From: Candidatus Bipolaricaulota bacterium
GTDB taxonomy: Bacteria; Bipolaricaulota; Bipolaricaulia; UBA7950; UBA9294
Reading direction: 5' to 3'
DNA length: 14,629 nucleotides
Assembly: GCA_040752575.1 (NCBI GenBank)
Contig: JBFMGK010000066.1
Coordinates: forward strand, 1-14,629
The position numbers and the translations under genes are program-made. The notes under the pieces are model-generated. The model did not search any database. It saw only the letters and a program-made list of their open reading frames with translations, and was not told the DNA's origin. Every line of letters starts with the position of its first letter. Position 1 is the first letter of the stretch. Of this stretch, positions 7,448 to 13,451 are shown one piece after another.

Positions 7448-7696
7448 ATGAGCGACATCGGCGACAAGGTCAAGGCGATCATCTGCGACCAATTGATGGT
7501 CGATGCCAGCGAAGTGTCCGACGCGTCCTCGTTCGTCGAGGATCTTGGGGCCGATTCGTTGGACACTGTTGAACTCATCATGGAGTTCGAGGACGAGTTC
7601 GGCGTCGAGATTCCCGACGAAGAAGCCGAGAAGATCTCGACGGTTGGAGAAGCCATTTCGTTCCTCGAGAAGCTCCTCGCCAAAAAAGCCTCCTAG
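7448..7696 (+). CDS. acpP: Acyl carrier protein
   Basis: [39 protein letters not shown] (phosphopantetheine Ser in DSL). AGGAGG at 7433-7438. Confidence 0.98.
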   Translation: MSDIGDKVKAIICDQLMVDASEVSDASSFVEDLGADSLDTVELIMEFEDEFGVEIPDEEAEKISTVGEAISFLEKLLAKKAS

Positions 7697-7775
7697 GTTC
7701 TTCTTCTCGGAGCCGCCGGGGATCCTGCGATCCACCCGATCCGCTTCCCCCTCGTCCGCCGGAAAAGGGAGCGGG

Positions 7776-8381
7776 ATGATCGGCGAGTCCATCGGCAGTT
7801 ACCTCGATCGCCTCGGTTCTCGCGAGCCGACCCCAGGTGGGGGCAGCGCCGCATGCCTGTGCGGCGCGGTGGCCTCGTCCCTCGGACGCATGGTCGTCGA
7901 TGTGGCGGCGCTCCGAGAGCCAGGCACGGCAACGGAGGATCTGCGTAGGGCGTTTGACGCGCATCGCGAGGAGTTCCTCCGCCTGGCCGGGGAAGACGAG
8001 ACCGCTTTTCGATCCGTGATGGCCGCGCTGCGCCTTCCGAAGACCGACCCCAGGAGATCAGAGGCCGTGCAGGACGCCCTGGAGGCGGCAGCTCGCCCGC
8101 CGCTTCGAGCCGCCGAGGCCGCCGCTGCACTCCTCGACGACCTCAGCACGGCGACAGCCTTCGCCTCGCGGCACATCGCGAGCGACGTCGTCGTGGCCGC
8201 ACACATCGCGCTCGCTTGCCTTCGCGCATCGGTCGCAAATGTCGAGGTTAACCTCAAATCCCTACGTCCTCCCGAACGTCGCGCCGCGCCGGCTGCGCGC
8301 TGCGCGGAACTTCTCCAGGAAGGGGCTCATGTCCACGCGGAAGTCCTCCGCCGCGCCGAGTCGCCGCCCACGGCGTCCTGA
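7776..8381 (+). CDS. Standalone cyclodeaminase/cyclohydrolase family protein (FTCD C-terminal domain, FchA-like)
   Basis: ATG 7776 after AAGGGAG. SIGSYLDRLGSREPTPGGGSAA.L.GA....LG.MV; LAGEDETAF..VMAA.RLPK; A...PL; SDV.VA; NV.VNL. Confidence 0.88.
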   Translation: MIGESIGSYLDRLGSREPTPGGGSAACLCGAVASSLGRMVVDVAALREPGTATEDLRRAFDAHREEFLRLAGEDETAFRSVMAALRLPKTDPRRSEAVQDALEAAARPPLRAAEAAAALLDDLSTATAFASRHIASDVVVAAHIALACLRASVANVEVNLKSLRPPERRAAPAARCAELLQEGAHVHAEVLRRAESPPTAS

Positions 8382-9300
8382 CGGCGCCTCCCCCGCGTCG
8401 TCCAGCGTTCGTTCGCTCGATCGATACCGCGAAATCGTTCCGGATTGGCCTCTCTTCCTCGCTGCTGCAGACCGTCCCCTTCCCTACGACGGCCATGTCA
8501 ACTCGCTGCGCGCGGAGCCCACCGAGGTTCTGCGCCGCCTCGCAGGACGCGGGATTCGCGCCGTCGCTATGGAATGGGACCCCTGCGCGTTTCGCGCCGA
8601 TCGCCCCCTCGGAACGACGCTCGAGCACTGGCTCGGCCTCTACTACGTCCAGGAGGCGGTCCAGGCCGTTCCCGTTCTCGCCCTCGATCCGCAGCCGGGA
8701 GAGCGAGTGCTTGACCTGTGTGCAGCGCCCGGGGGGAAGACGGTCCACATTGCCGGGCGAATGGCGAACTCGGGGGTTCTTGTCGCCAACGAGCCCAACG
8801 GCCGCCGCCAGCAGGCGTTGTTGGCAAACCTCAATCGTGCCGGGGCCTGGAATGCGGTCGTTACGGAGTACCGGGGGCAAGATCTGCCCCTCGGAGATTC
8901 CTTCGACCGCGTCCTCATCGACGCTCCGTGTTCGGGCGAAGGGACCTTGCGCAAGGAGCCGACCCTGCGCGACGGCGCTTCGCCCTTCACGATCGAGCGG
9001 CTCGCTCGGCTACAGGTCCGCCTTATCCTCCGTGGCTTCGACCTCTTGCGTACAGGAGGAACGCTCGTCTACTCGACCTGCACGCTCGCGCCCGAGGAGA
9101 ACGAGGCCGTCGTCGCTTCGTTGCTCGCGGCTCGTGACGCCCGCGTCATTCCCGTGGAGCTTCCCTTCCCCCACGCTCCGGGCCTGGCAGGATGGCGTGA
9201 CGCCTGCTTCCCCGATGCCGTACAGGGTTGCACCCGCATCTACCCGCAGCATCTCGACAGCGGAGGTGGTTTTGTTGCCCGAGTCCAGCGCGTTGCCTAG
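8329..9300 (+). CDS. RsmB/NOP2/RsmF-family SAM-dependent RNA cytosine-C5 methyltransferase, short form lacking C-terminal PUA domains
   Basis: LDPQPGERVLDLCAAPGGKT (motif I), FDRVLIDAPCSGEG (motif IV Cys), LVYSTCTLAPEENE (motif VI Cys), RIYP......GGFVA. ATG 8329 with AGGAAGGGG upstream; the exact start is uncertain. Confidence 0.92.
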   Translation: MSTRKSSAAPSRRPRRPDGASPASSSVRSLDRYREIVPDWPLFLAAADRPLPYDGHVNSLRAEPTEVLRRLAGRGIRAVAMEWDPCAFRADRPLGTTLEHWLGLYYVQEAVQAVPVLALDPQPGERVLDLCAAPGGKTVHIAGRMANSGVLVANEPNGRRQQALLANLNRAGAWNAVVTEYRGQDLPLGDSFDRVLIDAPCSGEGTLRKEPTLRDGASPFTIERLARLQVRLILRGFDLLRTGGTLVYSTCTLAPEENEAVVASLLAARDARVIPVELPFPHAPGLAGWRDACFPDAVQGCTRIYPQHLDSGGGFVARVQRVA

Positions 9301-9742
9301 CGAGGAGGTGACGAACTACCTCGCCACGAGGTTCGGCGTCTCGCGAGACTTCCTCGCCCGTCTCGCGTTTGTGGAGAACCGCGGGGAGATCTGGGCCTGC
9401 CGGCCGCCTGCTCTCACGCTGCACGTGCGCGGCCGCCGACCGCCTGGCCTGCGAGCCCTGCGCCGCGCGCCCGACGGGCTCAAGCCGACGAGCGCATTTC
9501 TGGTTGCTCTCGGCCCGGAAGTTACGGCGGGGCTCGCCGACGTCACGCGCGAGGAGCTTCGCCTTCTCCTGCTGGGGCAGCGCATTCCGTCGACCCACGC
9601 CCCGGGGTACGTTGCCCTCGCCTATGGCGGCGACGTCCTGGGGTGCGGTCGCGTCGCCAACGCCGCTCTTCAAGCCCTCATCCCCACCGGACGTCGCGGT
9701 GAGCTGCTCTCGATCCTGCGCGCCGATTTCGCTGCGATGTAA
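9275..9742 (+). CDS. PUA-like RNA-binding protein (NIP7/UPF0113-like, or free-standing RsmF C-terminal module)
   Basis: TTG 9275 is 7 nt after GGAGGT (9262-9267); alternative TTG 9293. Pattern YL..RFG.......F.E..GEIW...GLRALR.....KPTS.....G.......V..EEL..LL.G.......GYVAL.Y.G..LGCG......L...IP.GR. Overlaps the methyltransferase stop. Confidence 0.7.
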   Translation: MPESSALPSEEVTNYLATRFGVSRDFLARLAFVENRGEIWACRPPALTLHVRGRRPPGLRALRRAPDGLKPTSAFLVALGPEVTAGLADVTREELRLLLLGQRIPSTHAPGYVALAYGGDVLGCGRVANAALQALIPTGRRGELLSILRADFAAM

Positions 9743-9781
9743 TCCAGATCACAGATTTCTGCGATCCCCATCGGCTAGAAT
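9738..9781 (+). promoter_or_regulatory. CRP/FNR-family binding site plus -10 element (class II-like activated promoter)
   Basis: TGTAATCCAGATCACA (9738-9753) matches the CRP consensus core TGTGATCTAGATCACA at 14/16. TAGAAT at 9776-9781 with no recognisable -35. RBS AAGGAGGT at 9808-9815. Confidence 0.55.
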
Positions 9782-9822
9782 CGCGCCCGGAAGCTGGATC
9801 AATCGACAAGGAGGTACGCAGA

Positions 9823-12156
9823 ATGAAGATCACGTTCCTCCTGCTCGCGGCCCTAGCTCTCGGGCTCGTGATTCCCTTGGCCGCCAGCGGGACGCCAGCG
9901 AACCTTGTGATCATCTTGGATGCCTCGAACAGCATGAACAAGCCCTTCGGCGGCGAGACGCGCATCAGCGCGGCCCGCGCCGCTCTGTCCGACTTCGTGA
10001 CGCGCATGCCGGAAGAGGGAAACGTAGGGCTTCTCGTCTTCGGGCATCGGATCAACTATCAGAACGAGGTGGAGAGCTGTCAGGACATCTCCTTCCTTTT
10101 TCCCCTGGCTCCATTCACTCGCGCTCTCGGGGAAGACATGGCGGCGGCGGTAGTACAGGTGACGCCGCAGGGTAAGACACCGCTTGCGGACTCTCTGACC
10201 CAGGCCGCGAACGCTATTGCGGCCGACGGACAGGGCGGAGCGATTGTGCTGATCAGCGACGGCGAGGGGAACTGCAGTGGCTTGGATGTCGTCGCCGCAC
10301 AGATGCTCGCGACGATGACGCCGCCGATCGCGCTGCACGTCGTCGGCCTCGACCTCGAGATCGAGGCCAGCGAAGCCCTGCGCGCTATGGCGTTGGAGAC
10401 GGGCGGGGAGTACTGGGGCGTCGCCGACGTTGAAGCGTTGATTGCAGCCCTCTTCGCCGCGATTGCCGCTCCCGTGGACGCGCCGGTCACTTCTCTCTCG
10501 GATTCGGTTCCCCCGGAGTACGCGTGCTTCAACATCACGAACGTCGTCTACGGCACCGAGGGGGATGACGTGATGTACGGCACGGCGGGAAACGACCTCA
10601 TCTACGGTCTCTCGGGAGATGACTTCATCATCGGACTCGGAGGCCACGACATCCTCGTCGGAGGGCCCGGCAACGACATCATCGAGGGCGGCGTGGGGAA
10701 CGACTTGCTGGACGGCGGAGAGGGAGATGATCTCCTGCTCGGCGGTGTCGACAACGATCTCCTGTGCGGCGGTGCCGGCAACGACTCTCTCGAGGGTGAA
10801 GCCGGCGACGACGTGCTCGACGGCGGGACGGGCTGCGACGTCCTCCTCGGAGGACGGGGGACGAACACGCTGTACTCGGTCGACGCTCTCGACATTCTGC
10901 TCGAGGGGAACGTCGTCCAGGGAGCTTGTCCCCAGTGTTCTGCGGCCTGCGGAGCTCCGACGTGCCCGACGCCACCCACCCCACCGACGTGTGCGCCGAT
11001 GCCGGCAACGACAACGTGCACGCCTCCCAGCATCGCGAAGGCCGTCCGCGAAGGGGACGCGCTACAGCTCCACGGAACCGTCTCGGACTACGACTGCAAC
11101 GTCCTGTCCGTCCACTGGCAGGTTTCGGCGGGCACGCTCAACGACCCTGCTTCCCTGCACCCCGTGTTCACGGCCCCGATGCTCACGGGCTGCGAGGACC
11201 TCGAGGTGCTCGTAACGCTCACGGCCGTCGACTCGTGCGGTGCGTCCGGAACCGACTCGTTCAGGCTTCTCGTTGTCAACGAGAACCATGCCCCGACGGC
11301 CGCGGCAGGGCCGGACCTTGTCGTCAACGAGGGCGATGCGGTGGCCCTCGCCGGCACGGTCGGCGATCCCGACGGGGACCCGCTGAGCGTGAGTTGGGTC
11401 GTCAACAGCCCCCTCGGCGCGATCGCAGATCCTGCATCACCGCGCACGACGTTCCACGCTCCACGGATCGACGCCTGCGACGGGATCGACATACCTGTTA
11501 CCCTCAGCGTAGTTGACGCCTGCGGAGCCATGGTCTGCGACACGGTCGTCATCCGCGTCCTCAACGTCAACAAGGCGCCGACCGTCGATCTAGGACCCGA
11601 CTTCGCGCTGACCGAGGGTCAGACCATCCGCTGGACGCCGGTCGTATCCGATCCGGAGTGCGAAGCTCTGACCTACTGCTGGTCGGCGACGGCGGGAAGT
11701 CTGGAGTCGACGACGATCCAGAACCCTGCGTTCGTGGCGCCTCTGACCTCACGCTGTGAGGGCGAGAGTATCGTGGTCACGCTAACGGTCACCGACCCCT
11801 GCGGACTCTCGGCGACGGATTCGGTTTGCCTTCACGTCGGCAACGTCAACGGCGCTCCCAGCGTCGACCTCGGGCAGAACGCGTGCGTCAAGGAGTGCAG
11901 CACGATGACGCTCTGCCCGATGGTCAGTGACCCCGACGGGGATCCGCTGCGCTTCGTCTGGTCGGTCTCAGCCGGCCGACTTGACAGCACCTGCATCCCC
12001 ACGCCCGTGTTCATCGCGCCGGCCACGGAGTGCGAGGGTATGGACGTTACCGTGACCGTGACGGTCACCGACCCCTGCGGGCTCACGGCGACGGACTCGT
12101 TCGTCATCCACGTCGAGAACGTGAACCAGGCACCGTTGGTCGTCGCGGATCCCTAG
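9823..12156 (+). CDS. Secreted multidomain adhesin-like protein: signal peptide, VWA, RTX/hemolysin-type Ca-binding repeats, Cys/Pro/Thr linker, four PKD/Ig-like repeats
   Basis: Signal peptide MKITFLLLAALALGLVIPLAA. MIDAS: IILDASNSM, GKTPLA, LISDGEGNC, ALETGG. Twelve Gly/Asp-rich nonapeptides, then CPQCSAACGAPTCPTPPTPPTC, then repeats starting NxAP with a DPDGDPL...W pattern. Confidence 0.9.
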   Translation: MKITFLLLAALALGLVIPLAASGTPANLVIILDASNSMNKPFGGETRISAARAALSDFVTRMPEEGNVGLLVFGHRINYQNEVESCQDISFLFPLAPFTRALGEDMAAAVVQVTPQGKTPLADSLTQAANAIAADGQGGAIVLISDGEGNCSGLDVVAAQMLATMTPPIALHVVGLDLEIEASEALRAMALETGGEYWGVADVEALIAALFAAIAAPVDAPVTSLSDSVPPEYACFNITNVVYGTEGDDVMYGTAGNDLIYGLSGDDFIIGLGGHDILVGGPGNDIIEGGVGNDLLDGGEGDDLLLGGVDNDLLCGGAGNDSLEGEAGDDVLDGGTGCDVLLGGRGTNTLYSVDALDILLEGNVVQGACPQCSAACGAPTCPTPPTPPTCAPMPATTTCTPPSIAKAVREGDALQLHGTVSDYDCNVLSVHWQVSAGTLNDPASLHPVFTAPMLTGCEDLEVLVTLTAVDSCGASGTDSFRLLVVNENHAPTAAAGPDLVVNEGDAVALAGTVGDPDGDPLSVSWVVNSPLGAIADPASPRTTFHAPRIDACDGIDIPVTLSVVDACGAMVCDTVVIRVLNVNKAPTVDLGPDFALTEGQTIRWTPVVSDPECEALTYCWSATAGSLESTTIQNPAFVAPLTSRCEGESIVVTLTVTDPCGLSATDSVCLHVGNVNGAPSVDLGQNACVKECSTMTLCPMVSDPDGDPLRFVWSVSAGRLDSTCIPTPVFIAPATECEGMDVTVTVTVTDPCGLTATDSFVIHVENVNQAPLVVADP
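10552..10875 (+). repeat. Twelve contiguous RTX-type nonapeptide repeats (27-nt period)
   Basis: GTEGDDVMY GTAGNDLIY GLSGDDFII GLGGHDILV GGPGNDIIE GGVGNDLLD GGEGDDLLL GGVDNDLLC GGAGNDSLE GEAGDDVLD GGTGCDVLL GGRGTNTLY. Confidence 0.93.
11041..12153 (+). repeat. Four tandem ~81-95-aa Cys-containing Ig/PKD-like repeats plus a 10-aa stub of a fifth
   Basis: NxAP starts at 11284, 11569, 11848 and 12124. Each unit has W, F.AP...C(E/D), VT(L/V)...D.CG....D. At DNA level 11785-11823 and 12061-12099 match at 36/39. Confidence 0.88.
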
Positions 12157-12188
12157 CGGAGAATCTGCGAACCCCTATCGATTGACCG

Positions 12189-12231
12189 GGGATCTGCTCC
12201 GCGCCTAGGTGGCGGAGCAGATCCCTTTCTT
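12189..12231 (+). terminator. Intrinsic terminator of the 777-aa gene, overlapping the 3' end of the convergent DUF501 gene
   Basis: Perfect 14-bp stem GGGATCTGCTCCGC (12189-12202) / GCGGAGCAGATCCC (12212-12225), 9-nt loop, then TTTCTT. Confidence 0.8.
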
Positions 12232-12732
12232 CGTCGCACACTCGCGATGTGTCAGGATCTGGAGGACGGCCTCGCCGATCGGATTCGAGCGCGCCAGCGC
12301 GTGCGCCACGTGAAGATGCAGGCATTTGACGCGGCGGGCGTCGGCCGTCCCCCCGATTCCCCGGCGTTCGAGACTCGCGCGCTCGCGCGGCGACAGACTC
12401 CCGGCGGAGCAGGCGCCCAGTCTTGCGCTGCGTTCGTTCACGTACTCGGCGTGTGCCCTCCGCACGAGCTCTCGGAAGGCCTCATCGTCCGCGATGCGCT
12501 GCTCCAGCGCCTCGATCCATCCCGCACCCTCCAACTCGCTCACGAGGTAGCGAAGGTGTGGACACGTCAACCAGAACAAGGTCGGAAACGGATGGCCCTC
12601 CATCACCGGGTCGACCGACACCACTTGCGGAGCCCCGTGCCGGCAGCGTGTCTCGACGCGCCAGATTCCGCGAGGCTCGCGACCGAGCTGAGAGGCGACG
12701 ATCCGGCGATCGCCTACCGCAACGCGGTCCAT
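12205..12732 (-). CDS. DUF501 family protein (Rv1025-like)
   Basis: ATG 12732 with GGGAG 6 nt upstream. QLGREPRG...V..RC..G.P.V, G.PFPTLFWLTCP.L...VSELE..G, GIGG......VKCLHLHVAHALA..NPIG. Confidence 0.9.
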   Translation of the reverse strand: MDRVAVGDRRIVASQLGREPRGIWRVETRCRHGAPQVVSVDPVMEGHPFPTLFWLTCPHLRYLVSELEGAGWIEALEQRIADDEAFRELVRRAHAEYVNERSARLGACSAGSLSPRERASLERRGIGGTADARRVKCLHLHVAHALARSNPIGEAVLQILTHRECATKKGICSAT

Positions 12733-13451
12733 GAACGGCTCCCGTACTTCTCGCGCGCCAGGGCAGCGGCTGCCGCGGCCTCTTCGCCCGACAGACTCGA
12801 GGCGCGAAGCTTCCCCAGACGACGCTCGATCTCCCGGCAGATGGCCTCCGCAACGCCGCGGAGGCAAACGCCGCCACCCAGGATCTCGTAGAGCGAGCTC
12901 GTCCGCGCCGCCTCCGATCTCCTTCCCCGTGGCAGATACCCCAGGCGCAGGGCGCGCAGGACGTCAGCCATCGGGAAAGGCGGCGGCTCGACAAGAACCG
13001 TCCAGTGATACAGGAGAGCCCCTGCGCGCCTTGCCTGCGCGGCTCCGGAGACCTTCGCGCCTCCAAGCGCGAAGAGCGAGGAGCCAACCAACGACACGGA
13101 CGCGCCGATGGACCGGAGGCTGCTCATCCCAATTCCGCCGAAGATCGATGTCGCCTGTGCGACCGAGAGTCTCTCCCCGCCTGCGATCGCGACCGACGCG
13201 CACAGGTTCCCAGGGTAGTGCAGCACGGCCCCTCCCCCCGACGCGCGGCGCACGACGTCCACACCCCTCAACGCCGCGGCCTCCTCATCCACTTCATCCG
13301 CAAGGCACTGCGAACGGCCGACCACCACGGCCAGATCGGAACTCCAGAGGCGCAGCGAGTTCTCCCCCTGCCGCGCACGGTCGAGGAGGACCTCGTCGAC
13401 GGACAGCCCGAGAGCGGCGGGGCGGGGTGCTAGGTCGACGATGCAGCGCAT
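12714..13451 (-). CDS. Lipoate-protein ligase family protein (BPL/LPL catalytic domain only, LplA-like, divergent)
   Basis: L.VDEVLL, LRLW, VVVGRSQ...EVD, VVRRASGGGAVLH..GNL, KVSGAAQ, and a terminal L..EKYG...W. No LplA C-terminal domain. Confidence 0.85.
   Translation of the reverse strand: MRCIVDLAPRPAALGLSVDEVLLDRARQGENSLRLWSSDLAVVVGRSQCLADEVDEEAAALRGVDVVRRASGGGAVLHYPGNLCASVAIAGGERLSVAQATSIFGGIGMSSLRSIGASVSLVGSSLFALGGAKVSGAAQARRAGALLYHWTVLVEPPPFPMADVLRALRLGYLPRGRRSEAARTSSLYEILGGGVCLRGVAEAICREIERRLGKLRASSLSGEEAAAAAALAREKYGSRSWTALR

Noticed and set aside
3838..7696. Polyketide or secondary-metabolite cluster
   Set aside because: The order plsX-fabH-fabD-fabG-acpP and the canonical motifs indicate primary type II fatty-acid synthesis.
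3812..7710. TCTTCTCGG present both just after the tRNA (3812-3820) and just after acpP (7702-7710)
   Set aside because: A 9-nt match is too short to distinguish from chance without a genome-wide count.
9275..9300. Frameshifted rsmF pseudogene or programmed frameshift joining the methyltransferase and the PUA ORF
   Set aside because: The methyltransferase ends at the natural end of the catalytic core, and the second ORF has a well-spaced GGAGGT/TTG start. Two genes is the simpler reading, though read-level checking was not possible.
10552..12153. CRISPR array or other non-coding repeat
   Set aside because: The periodicities (27 nt and 276-285 nt) are in-frame protein repeats with synonymous divergence, with no identical repeats and unique spacers.
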